Part shown: positions 21,914 through 33,339 of the stretch, piece by piece | How the letters are laid out: each line of letters opens with the position of its first letter | How positions within the stretch are numbered: the stretch's first letter is position 1 | NCBI RefSeq assembly: GCF_006345805.1 | Contig: NC_042997.1 | Location: forward strand, 21,080,001 to 21,144,000 | Direction: 5' to 3' | DNA length: 64,000 nt | From: Octopus sinensis | Taxonomy: Eukaryota | Made by a program: the position numbers and the translations under genes | Notes under the pieces: generated by a model | Database searches by the model: none | Told to the model about the DNA's origin: nothing | The model's input: the letters and a program-made list of their open reading frames with translations, nothing else

Positions 21914-23543
21914 CAGTTGCGGCCAAAATGTTCAGAACGGCATTGTTTTCGTCAGAAAAGTAGGTATAAGTTTTTATTAAAGTTGTTTTATATTCTATAA
22001 TTTTCACAGGCAATAAATACGATATTAATTGGTATTGTCTGAGATTTTGGTGTAATTTGAGTGGATAATACAAAAGTTATGGATGATATAGTGATTTACT
22101 GCAAAACCCATGGTGGCCAAAATGATCAGAACGGTTGAAAAAAAATAACAAAATAATCAAAAAGTGACAGAGAATGCTGGAATTATTTCATATTTAGTGT
22201 GAAGCCCTTTAACTTCAATCGAAGTTTGACATTTTTGACTGCATGGGGAAATTAAATTTTCAATTTCTTGCTGGGTGATCTTATTCCATTCTTCCTGAAG
22301 GGCATTCCATAATTGCTTGGTTGTTTTAGGATTTCTGGCTTTCAAACGTTCTCCTAGAATATTCCACACATTTTCAATAGGATTGATGTCTGGGCTTTGA
22401 GCAGGCCAATCCATGCCAATAACCTTTTCAGCTTTGAGGAAGTTCATGACCACCTTAGCCTTGTGACATGGGGCATTGTCTTGCATGAATATGGGTGGTC
22501 GCTTAGTTGAATTTCTCAGCACAGGCAAGACATGATCTTTTATAAGTTATTTATAAACTCCTGCATTTACCTTTCCATGTAATGGCAGCAAAGGGCCCAC
22601 AACATCTCCAGATATCATCCCCCAAACCATGACACTTCCTCCACCGAATTTAACACTAGTCTTAAGGCATTTAAGTGACAATTTTTCACCTGCTTTTCGA
22701 CGAACGTACCTGTTCCCATCTGAGCCAAATAACATAGACTTAGATTCATCACTGAAATGCACCGTTTGCCATTTTTCTTGAGACCACAACACATGTTCGG
22801 TTGCAAAGGTAAGACAACACTTTTTATTCTTGGAGCTGATCAGTGGCTTCACTGCAGGTGCTCTTGCTTGTAGGTCATGTTCAACTAAAGGACGAGACAG
22901 TTTTTCGAGATAAAGTTTTCTTCAGTACAATGCTCATTTCCTGAAAAACAGCAGCAGCAGTTTTAAATCTGTCCTTTTTAACCAACTTTACCATAGCACG
23001 ATCTTCTCTCTTAGTCGTTTTTCTTGGCCTACCTGTAGACTTTCTTGCTTCACACGAACCACAATCATCGTAGACCTTAAGAATACCGTGAACAACACTT
23101 TTTGACTTGTTAACAATCTTTGCAATAGACCTAATACTTAAATTATCCTTCTTTCGAAGCTTAATAATCTGCTGACGAATTGGTAACGGAGTAAGTGGCA
23201 TTATATTAACAAAGTACACTGCAGATATTCTTACTAATGTTTAGTAAACGAACTGTCACGTAAAGAAATTCAAAACATTAGAGTTCGACGGTTAGATATA
23301 CTAAAACATGGAGTAAAAGCAACCGTTCTGATCATTTTGGCCGCCATGGGTTTTGCAGTAAATCACTAAATCGTCCATAACTTTTTTATTATCCTCTAAA
23401 ATTACACCAAAATCTCAGACAATAACAAATAATATCGTATTTATAGTCTGTGAAAATTATAGAATATAAAACAACTTTGATAAAAACGTATATCTACTTT
23501 TCTGACGAAAACAATGCCGTTCTGTACATTTTGGCCGCAACTG
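21914..23543 (-). mobile_element. Tc1-family DNA transposon, DD34E, IR/DR type, 1630 bp
   Basis: TIRs of ~224 bp (21914-22137 and 23320-23543), flanked by TA. Transposase spans three minus ORFs (22881-23219, 22547-22852, 22157-22528) with HTH/GRPRKTT, FSDESK, QDNAPCH and SPDINPIE; 34 residues between the second D and E. Confidence 0.96.
22157..23219 (-). pseudogene. Tc1 transposase with one frameshift (near 22870) and one in-frame stop (22547-22549)
   Basis: The second and third ORFs share a frame and are separated by TAA; the first ORF is in a different frame. Confidence 0.9.
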
Positions 23544-23570
23544 TATATATATATATATATATATATACAA

Positions 23571-23655
<85 letters not shown>

Positions 23656-24363
23656 TATATATATCACTGGTTATATGAATCCACAACTCTTCAGACAGTA
23701 ACTAGTTTGTTAAGTGCCAATGCACAGAGGTGTTTGCCCATGAGTAACTCTTTTTCTTCCACTAAATTATTAATAAGTGTGTTGGCTTCTTTTTTGCACC
23801 TGTTATTTCATTATTCATCTTCTATATGAATGAAGCTATATCCTTTAATTTGCTACTTTTCTTCACAAGAACTGAGAAGATACATTGCAGCATGAGTTCT
23901 TTCTGTTTATCACCCAAAGTGACATATCTGCACCGTCAGATACTTCTGAACCAGTTATTAAGTATCCCACCCATTAGGGATCAATGCTAGATGTGTCAAA
24001 ATAATTATAGTGATTGATAAAACCTTTCGTACCTTCCATTTTCGATCTCTCATTAATCAGTTATATATATATATAAATGTATATATATAAGACGTTAAAA
24101 AAGGAAAATACGCACACTTACATAGTTTTAATATAATTTTTAATATATCAACCGGTTTCCTTATCCCTATTCATGATATTATGTTTTACTTATTCGAATA
24201 TGTATTTCTTCTTAAGAAGAAATTTTGTCCATGTTGTGTGTGATAATATTCACGAGTGAATGTCTTCACAAGTAGATAACAAAGGGGAGGTATGTGGTTA
24301 TCGCTATTATTTTTATTGTTGCGGGTAAGGGAGATAACTGTTCAGCTTTTGGTAATGGGAGGG

Positions 24364-24412
<49 letters not shown>

Positions 24413-24743
24413 GACAAAAGCAAGTTTCGAAAATCTTGTTTAATGAGGGGATTTATGTACAGTGATGTAATCGTGAATTGAAATATGTAAAAAGATAAAA
24501 GTTGGTTATGCGTGCATATTAAGACATGTTCTATATTTTTCAATGAAAAATTTTCTTTATTTAAACGTTCTTTGGGAGATTTTGTCTTTGCACTAGTAGA
24601 AGGGGAAGACTGGGAAATTTGGTTTTATGTTATCTGCACATTTTTCTGTATGTTCACTGAGAGGAATTTGCCTGTATTGCGAGAAACGGATTTGCTCTTT
24701 ATGTAGAGTGGTTCTCTTTCTCATACATACATATATATATATA

Positions 24744-25998
24744 CAGGGTTTGGACAAAATAATGGAAACACCTAGCATCATAGCATTGTAATTTTGAAAT
24801 ATCTATAAAACTGTCAAAAGCTTGTTTATTTTTAAGACTTTGTTGCTAAATATTTTTGGGCTAAAATTGCTGTTTCTTTTCAGATGTCATCAGAAAAAGG
24901 TAATTAAAATTCATTAAAATGACAGATCTATCGGACTTTCAAAGAAGTCAAATTGTTGGTGCTTGTATGGCAGGCACTAGTGTAATGAAAACAGCCGAAA
25001 TTTTTAGTGTATCAAGAAGTACTGTCTCGAAAGTAATGGCAGCCTTTGAGAAAAACCTTCTTGTCAAAACAGAACTCCGGAAGAAAACCAAAACTTTCAG
25101 AGAGAGATCATCGGACTCTTACATAAATTATTAGAAAGGAACACAAAAGTACAGCTCCCAAAATTACTGCAGAGCTTAATGACCACCTCAAGAACCCAGT
25201 TTCCACAAAACTGTTCACCAGGAGCTGCACAAAGCCAGATTTCATGGCAGGGCTGCAATCAGAAAACCACTGCTTTCAAAAACAAACGTTGTAAAGCATT
25301 CAGAGTGGAGTAAAAACCTACAGAATTGGTCCCTAGAGCAGTGGAAGAATGTTATTTTCTTGGACAAGTCATCCTTTACCCTATTTCTGATCACTGGCCA
25401 AGTATACATAGTATACATGTGGAGACAGCCAAAAGAAGCATTTGACCCAGACTGCCTTCTTCCAGCTGTTAAACATGGATCTGTGATTATCTGGGGGGGT
25501 GGGGGCTATATCTTGGAAATCTGCCAGCCCAATGGTTTCCCTTCATGGCAGAATTAATAGTCAAGACTATTTAAGCATTTTATCTGATCAACTTCATCCT
25601 ATGGTTGCAGAACTGTTTTGAGGGAAATAATCTTTTAGGATGATAATGCACCAATTCACACTGCTAAAATTGTTACTGAATGGTATGAGGAACATTCTAG
25701 AGAAGTTGAACATTTTATCTGGCCATTAGAGTCTCCAGATCTCAATATTATTGAACATTTATGGTGCATTTTAGAAAAACAAGTAAGGAGTCAATATCCT
25801 CCACCATCCTCACTACAAGAACTGGAGGCTGTTTTAGCTAAAAAATGGACAAAAATTCCTTTAAAAAACAATTCAAATGAGGTATGAGTCCATACCTCAT
25901 AGAATTCAAGCTCTGTACTGCCAAAGGCGGTCCTACCCCATATAAAAATAAATTTGTTTGAAATTTTAAGGTGTTTCCATTATTTTGTCCAAACCCTG
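24744..25998 (+). mobile_element. Tc1-superfamily transposon with DD36E spacing (Incomer-type), decayed, 1255 bp
   Basis: 29 bp TIR CAGGGTTTGGACAAAATAATGGAAACACC, inverted at 25970-25998, with (TA)n on both sides. N-terminus MTDLSDFQRSQIVGACMAG; C-terminal DDNAPIHTAKIVTEWYEEHSREVEHFIWPLESPDLNIIE has 36 residues between D and E; several stops and frameshifts. Confidence 0.92.
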
Positions 25999-26256
25999 TA
26001 TATATATATATATATATATATAATGTCATATCCATTCAGTGTTGCTCTCTGCTGGATTCCGAGACATTGATGTTTCTAGTTCTTAAGGTGATATCAATGG
26101 GAAATACCAAAGAGAGGAACTCTTGATAGACCTAACCAAAGCCATGGCTATAACTAAAATACAGTGAACAGCATTGACTGATTTGTGCCAGTAGACTGGC
26201 AAGGTCGTGGAAATTACCATATCAGCACCAAGCAGTGTATAGGCATAAGCAAAATT

Positions 26257-26399
26257 TAGGTTAGTTAAAATGTTTGTGACATATTTCAACTGCTACAGGC
26301 AAATTCATCGCAGTTACCATGGAGAAAAATTATCTCTTATGGTAAGTGAATTTGCCTTTAGTAGTTGAAATATGTCACAAACATATTTTAACTAACCTA
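26257..26399. repeat. Long palindrome (foldback) within a dispersed non-autonomous repeat (about 26040-26400)
   Basis: TAGGTTAGTTAAAATGTTTGTGACATATTTCAACT...GGCAAATTCA pairs with TGAATTTGCC...AGTTGAAATATGTCACAAACATATTTTAACTAACCTA. Related sequence lies at 32950-33340. Confidence 0.85.
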
Positions 26400-26417
26400 G
26401 AGTTCACATATATATAA

Positions 26418-26450
<33 letters not shown>

Positions 26451-26809
26451 TGTGTGTGTGTGTGTGTGTCTGTGTGTGTGTGTGTGTGTGTAATTTACTT
26501 TGCCATTAAGGTAAGATCAATATAAAAGTATTCCATCCAGTAAGAGATAAATATTGTTTAATGTACACAGTATATAGTTATGAGCTACTAATAGTTTCAT
26601 ACATTAGAGATGCTTTCTTGACAGACTTATATAATTCACCAAGTGTCTTCAAGCAAATATCGGGCTCTGAGCACATAACCTATAAAAGTAACAAATAAGG
26701 ACAACAGAACAAGAAAAAAGCAAAGGGAAGATGGATGCAAAAAGTGTAAGTGTGAATGGTAATTCAATTAAAATATCATATAGCTGTTGCCCTGACATGA
26801 AGAGCATCA

Positions 26810-27144
26810 TTACCCATAAACATCACCAACAGCCCACTCCTAGTTGTTATTGTTGAGATCCTGGAGCTTGCCCATTTGACCATGCATGCATGATAAACTC
26901 TATAGTATATGAGACAGAAGTAACAACAATGCTACATAATAATTTGTCCAAAGAGAATAATTACATTGGGTTATGTGAATAATTACATTGGGTCTTTCTG
27001 GCACAAGGACAAAAGTAAAGCCACTAAGTTGGCAAGCCACATATGGGGCTTGAATGCCTACTCCATGCCACATACTACCAAGTGGAAATTTTTAGAAAAA
27101 TACAAGGTATATGTTAATGGATCTAAAAAGTGCAAGTTATGCAT
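26810..27144 (+). mobile_element. Penelope-like retroelement fragment (GIY-YIG endonuclease C-terminal region)
   Basis: Remnants CPFD..C....SIVYETEVTT, YIG, TKLASHIWGL and KWKFLEKYKVYVNGSKKCKLC match the usual PLE endonuclease and C-terminal pattern; truncated by a SINE A insertion. Confidence 0.8.
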
Positions 27145-27437
27145 GCAGGAGTGGCTGTGTGGCAAGTAGCTTGCTTACCAACCACATGGTTCCAGGTTCA
27201 GTCCCACTGCATTGCACCTTCTGCAAGTGTCTTTTACTGTAGCCTTGGGCTGACCAAAGCCTTGTGAGTGGATTTGGTAGATAGAAACTGAAAGAAGCCC
27301 GTTGTACAGCAAAAGAGACTGATAGAATAAGTAATAGGCTTACAAAGAATAAGTCCTGGGGTCGATTTGCTCGACTAAAGGCAGTGCTCCAGTATGGCCG
27401 CAGTCAAATGACTGAAACAAGTAAAAGAGTAAAAGAG
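27145..27437 (+). mobile_element. SINE family A with the central microsatellite region deleted
   Basis: GCAGGAGTGGCTGTGTGG...GAAAGAAGCCCG joined directly to CAAAAGAGAC...AAACAAGTAAAAGAGTAAAAGAG. A further SINE A 3' fragment follows at about 27480-27700. Confidence 0.88.
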
Positions 27438-28458
27438 AGCCCTGTAAGTGAACTTGACTGGTGAAAACTATATAGAAGCCCATCGTATATATATGTATGT
27501 GTGTTTGCCCCTCAGCACTGCATGACTACTGGTGTTTGTTTGTTTATGTCACTGTAACTTAGCAGTTTGACAAAAGAGACCAATAAATTAAGTACCAGAC
27601 TTAAAAAAATAAAGCAGTAAGATCGATTTGCTTGATTAAATGCCTTCATGGTCTTGCCCCACCATGGCTGTAATCCAATGGTTGAAACAAGTATAAAGTG
27701 AAGAAAAGTGTGAATATACACAACCCCACACACATGGTGCTATGTGAATGGACAAGCCCTGACTGAAATCAACAACAAACTAGATAGAAAATATCTATCG
27801 TTAATTGTTCCAAAGCCATGAATTCCAATGAATTATTGAGTTCTAGAAACATTTGGTCTACCAATTCTGTATAGTTGCGAAGAATTCAATATTTCATTTA
27901 AGTATTTTATTCACTGTTCCATTAAAGTATTCATAAATGTACACTTACTACTAAGTTTCATATATTTAATAAAGTTTCTCTGAGATTAACTTTTGTAATT
28001 GTCAGTTACTGAATATAATAAAATGAATATAATGAAAGTTCACAATAACCATTTTGAACTGTGATGGAAGAAACAGAAATTTCTAGCTAATGGACACATT
28101 CTACTTCATTGAAGAAACCAGTTCCTTTCCACATTAAAATAATGTCAAATAGGAAATTCAGCTGTAAAATACTTATTCCAAGAACACTAGCTTGGGCAAT
28201 AAAATTTATTTTATAGATATGTGTTAGTAATAATAAATTTATGTCTCAATAGTATAGCTACGTTTTTTTTAAGGGAGTTGCATAAAGAAAAAATCTTGAA
28301 TCATTGTAAATTGCTCAACCACATAAAATCGAATTCCTGTCAGCACAAAAATTTCAGTTATTGCACGTCTCTGCAACAATGTTACAGATAAATATCAAGT
28401 ATGTTATGCGATTATGACTTAATTTTTCCGAGTAAATTTCTAAGGTGTAGGTGCTAAC

Positions 28459-28510
28459 CTGCTTGCAAATGCAAAAGGTTATGCTGGCATATTAACAAAG
28501 TAGAATGTAT
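28459..28510 (-). CDS. Candidate internal exon (IHSTLLICQHNLLHLQA)
   Basis: TTCTTCATATCCTACAG | 52 nt | GTTAGC; only one frame is open; phase 0 to 1. Confidence 0.5.
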
Positions 28511-29121
28511 CTGTAGGATATGAAGAATTATTATTTGATATAATGCCTAGCAGGTAGATGTAGCATTCTGCAAAAAGTTATCACTCTTAAAAGATGAATC
28601 AAGTTCCAAATAGCCTGTGACTTCAAATTTATCTAAAATTCAGTTTGCTTGATTTTTACCTTTTTACCCCTAAGAGCCATTTGATAAGGAGTTTTGTAGT
28701 TATTGAAGGAAGTTATATAAATTGCAGTATCAGTGGAAAGTTTTCACAAAGAAAGTTTACTTTAGATACTGATGTTTTAAGAAACTGCTGACCATTAAAA
28801 GAATACTGTAAATGCATTTTTCTGAAAATGTTTGGTATAAATAACTTAAGTGTAAAGAGACGTTTTGCAAATTGAAGAAACTATTCCTGAGAGTAATCAA
28901 GTAATATAACTGACAAAATAAATTTAATTAGTACTGAATACGTTATAAAATTGAATTAGAAATCATTTTCCAACTAATTGCTGATAAATGTTATTGATTT
29001 CTTTTGACTACACACAAAAGTCAATTTTCCCAAATAAAAGTATGTTACAGTGGCTTATTTCATCAATGTCTGAGTGACAAAAACTAAACTTGACTTTAGT
29101 AGAATTCAGACTCCTAGTTAC

Positions 29122-29261
29122 CAAAGGATCATATTTTGGATTTATCCAAGTCAGATCTCCATATGCTTCTTTTTTCCTTGGAGTATTTGTGTATATCACA
29201 ACATATCCAACACTCAGTGATTTAGCAATAAATCTACAAGATATATTTACAGTATTGACTG
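29122..29261 (-). CDS. Candidate internal exon (VNTVNISCRFIAKSLSVGYVVIYTNTPRKKEAYGDLTWINPKYDPL); alternative acceptor gives upper bound 29233
   Basis: ATTTATTTTATATAG acceptor; donor TTG|GTAACT; lies inside supplied ORF 29008-29364; ends in phase 0. Confidence 0.5.
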
Positions 29262-29736
29262 CTATATAAAATAAATATTTCAGATTAAGGGATAATGCCT
29301 GATTCTTCCCCGCACTGAATGTGAGATCAAGTAAGCTGAAATAGAGTTCCTTTGCTGTTTTCAATTGATTTTATAGCCCCAAAATTACTTTTGAACAAGA
29401 CTAATTATATATTTTTACATATAGTTAAATCATACTCTATAGTACATTTGAAAATTTTTTCTGCTATCATAGACAAATAGCAGTAAATACTTGGCTGCAT
29501 TAATAGGATATTTATACCTGTTTATTTTTAATCTTCTTTACTCCTCACGATACCAGATAACATATAAGAAATAGTTTTGTATACTCAATGTGTATGAATT
29601 TTTATTCTGTTAATTATTATATCTTAAACATAGCTTAAGAATGATATATAAAATAAGAGCTAATGATGGTCTACACAAACAGATAATACATTTGTAAATA
29701 AGATGTATTGGACTATGAGGAGAGGTGAGTTCTGAC

Positions 29737-29831
29737 ATTTTGGATCGGATTCTTCTTCAAAAAAATTCAGAGAAGTGGGGATGAAGTTGAGGAATTGCTC
29801 AATTTCATCCATTGTCTCTTCACTTCTCTTT
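29737..29831 (-). CDS. Candidate exon (KRSEETMDEIEQFLNFIPTSLNFFEEESDPK)
   Basis: AATTTTGTGTCCCAG acceptor; donor T|GTCAGA; phase 2 to 1. One of two phase-compatible routes into 29122-29261. Confidence 0.35.
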
Positions 29832-29979
29832 CTGGGACACAAAATTGCCTACCTCAACCACATCTAAATTTCTCTCACTTTACCATGTATATATAAGTGT
29901 GACAGTTTTGCTGAGAGGCATATTTGCAGAAGATTTTTTTTATTTCCTTTTGTACTTTTTAAGAAGACATAATACTTAC

Positions 29980-30030
29980 TTACTATAAGAAGATGCAGTG
30001 AAACTTGATTTTCAACAAAACATAAAGAAG
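29980..30030 (-). CDS. Candidate exon ([A]SLCFVENQVSLHLLIV); tandem GTAAGT donors give lower bound 29984 or 29980
   Basis: ATTTATTTTATTAG acceptor and a consensus GTAAGT donor; connectivity is ambiguous. Confidence 0.32.
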
Positions 30031-30324
30031 CTAATAAAATAAATAATGTTCTGGTCCAAATAAAGTAAATAAAGGAAATGTCTGATTTATAAGTCAAGAT
30101 TTTATTACTTCCACCTATCATTATGTCTGTGCAAGTATCAGTTGAAATATTCACTTTTATCCATCTGTTTCATAATCCATAAGCTTAATATCTATGGAAT
30201 TATCAAATTACATTCAGTAGCAAGAAATATTTTTAATATCACTGCTCAAAAAGAAAAAAGAACCTATCGTATAAAGATTGTAAAAACATGATATGTGCAA
30301 TTCTGTTCATGGAAATATATATAT

Positions 30325-30401
<77 letters not shown>

Positions 30402-30720
30402 TATATATATATATATATATTATATATATATATATTATATATATATATAACTTTGTATTTAAATTCCCAGAAAGGAAAGAAACTTGATGGAAGCAATTTT
30501 CTTTTCAAGCTCAAGAAGTAATGGCAAATATATCAGTCATCCAAAATCTGAAGAAGATAAACAGCAAGTAATTCAATTCCACAACATCACATTTAAAAAG
30601 AAATGAGTATAGCTTTCATGTTGTAGCACATGACCAGCCTGTATTGTTTGCAATAGCTGCAACAATGGTGCATTACATTGATAGCTCAATATATAATAGA
30701 GAAAGAAAGTGGTCTCTAAC

Positions 30721-30848
30721 CTACAATACTGCTGGCGCCTGTCAGTCTCCAATGCATCACTGCTTTCAATGAGTCACATAGATTATCTGGAACTAAAACA
30801 ATGTCTTTTAGGAATACCTGCCATCCGATATAAGTTGTAGATTGCATT
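30721..30848 (-). CDS. Candidate exon (MQSTTYIGWQVFLKDIVLVPDNLCDSLKAVMHWRLTGASSIV); a short form 30818-30848 is possible in another frame
   Basis: ATTTGCCTCAG acceptor; donor GTAG|GTTAGA; 42 open codons. Confidence 0.35.
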
Positions 30849-31307
30849 CTGAGGCAAATATTGGTTTATTGTCAACTATGTATTGTTTTCTTTTTGTAAG
30901 ATTATCAGATATCTGCTTAGTCAGACACACTCCTCTGATTATCTATAGTCATCTATAAATTAGTTATTATATTCATTTATATATCAATATTTACATAGAG
31001 ACAATCATATATAATTGTATCCGAGTGTGTAGATCTAATTGTCCTTCTATAATGATAATAATAAATTTTGTACAGTTATATTTGTTTTCGTGCAGCAATC
31101 ATAAGAAGCTTTAGCAACAACAAGAGTTCTGTGAGAGATACATAAGAAGGAAGAAAAAAGGAAAATACAAAAAATGAAGACACAAGAGACAAAAATATAT
31201 AAGTTAAATATCAGTTTATGAAATATTACAATGAAAATTATAATGCTATTATAGAATGTAATATTTGAAAAGGGGATAACCACACAGGGTAAATCATAAA
31301 TTAACAC

Positions 31308-31370
31308 CTGAGTTCTCTCAACATAAATGAACCCTGAGATCTGAACAACCTTGCCATGTTAAACATAATC
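31308..31370 (-). CDS. Candidate exon (IMFNMARLFRSQGSFMLREL)
   Basis: Phase 2 to 2, compatible with 30721-30848; the acceptor (AAATAAAACAG) is purine-rich and weak. Confidence 0.25.
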
Positions 31371-32554
31371 CTGTTTTATTTAGTGGAGTTCAAATTTTTT
31401 TCCTTTGAATAATAGCAAAAAAGCATCATTTGAACTGTAAGGTAAAGATCTCAATGCCATTTTTCAGCCTCCACACGACATCTTTTGCATTAGCCATTAG
31501 GTATACCTAGCAGGTATACAATACATTAAGTATAGTCATACCATCTGCTAGTGTAACAGACATGTTTCCCCTTAAATCCTACCATACCGTCTTGAAAGGT
31601 ATCTATAACTATATCAGATAATGTATTAAGTATGTGATGCTGAAATAATGATGAGGTGGTTATGGCCTCAAAGGTCGAGATGGTAAATTTCTTCAAACTA
31701 TTTTGTGATTGAAAAAAGGAGGTGAAACAGACTTCCCAATGGAACTGATATCAACTTGGATTTCGCAATTCATCAAAGTAACAGGGTAAAATTTTTGACG
31801 CCTGAAAAGTTTTCAGACGCTCACATGGCAACACCAGTTAGACAATGTAGCAATAGGAAAGTAATTGTGACTTCTTGGGGACAATTAGAGGATAGCATAA
31901 ACACAGTCGGGGGATCCTTATGAGCGTGAGATGAATATGATTCGCTCTGCTGAATCACAAACATGTTTTCTTCATACAAGAAAACCTTTAGAAGTTACCA
32001 ACAATGCTCGAACTGAAACCACCCTTGAAGGTTTGTATAATGCATCATTGGTGATGTTCTGAATAGCCCACAGGTTATTAGTGTTCATGTCTGTCCTGAA
32101 CTCTGTATAAAAAAGCGAAAGCCATTGTCTAAGTGACAGTTCTGTCCAGGAGGTAGAGTAATTGAAAGTTTCACATCCTTGATGCCAGGTTCCTGTTCTT
32201 GTCTACTCATTATCCATGCAGTAGTTTTGTTAAAGATGCGAGCTGAAAGAACAGCTTTCTTTTGTAGTACCCCTGTGTCTGTCGTAGGATCAGCTCCTTT
32301 CAAAGCATCGGCAATGTGTGCATTGCGAGATCTAGGTTTAAAAAATGCTGAGAAGAGATGGATTTTCTGACTACTAATATGAGTTACATCTAGAAAAATG
32401 AGAGATATAGGCATCACCTTAATTTGATAATACAACTTCCGGAATAATGAGTATTGGTAACAGAAATTATCCACCTATTGAGTATTTCTACTCTACCTTC
32501 GAGAACGGCTTATTATACGCCATTTTCTGATAAAATTCACCATGCATTCCTTAC

Positions 32555-32575
32555 CTCAACACCGTCCTTTTCCAC
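32555..32575 (-). CDS. Candidate micro-exon or exon 3' end (strong donor GAG|GTAAGG)
   Basis: CAAACCTTCAG | 21 nt | GTAAGG; reads WKRTVL or VEKDGVE depending on phase. Confidence 0.25.
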
Positions 32576-32949
32576 CTGAAGGTTTGAGCTAAACCAAATT
32601 CCCAACAGTTTAACTAATTCGTGAGTAATTTGGCAGATAAATAATTGGTAAAGCTCCTAGAAAGCCTCCATTCTGCTGCTGGCTGCAGTAAGCAGAAACT
32701 GACTATGACAAATATGACAAACAGAATTCCTTGAGCAGTCCATCTATCATAGGACTCCTTCCGTTTCTACTGTCACCAAGCACCGGGTCTACTTGAAGCA
32801 CAATGGTTTTACGCTCATTACTACTCTGTAGTCATGAGGTTATACCATTCACGTGTGTGTGCATATGTCAGTATAATGTGACAGTATAAGCCGGTTAGCT
32901 CTGTGTGCGTGTATGTGTGTATGTGTGTGTGTGTGTAGGCCTTATTAAA

Positions 32950-33339
32950 GCTATAGCAACATTGACTGCTTTGTGCCAGTAGACCACGAGGTCATGGATA
33001 TTACCGTAGTATTAACACCAAGAGTTGTTTAGGCACAAACACCATATCTATCTAGTATCGCCATCTATCAGGATTTCCAGATATTGATGAGTTGCCTCTC
33101 TTATGTATTTCCCATTGATAACGGCTAAGCAGCTAGAAACATCGATGACTGGGGATCTTGATATGTGCCGATACGGGTCAAATATGGTGCTTTTTGCATC
33201 TTTTCTCCATAAGAGAAAATTTTCTCCACGGTAACTATAATGAATTTGACTTTTAACAGTTGAAATATGTCACAAACATTTTAACTAACCTAAACTTTGC
33301 TTATATCTAAACTAAACACTGCTTGGCGCTAATATTACG

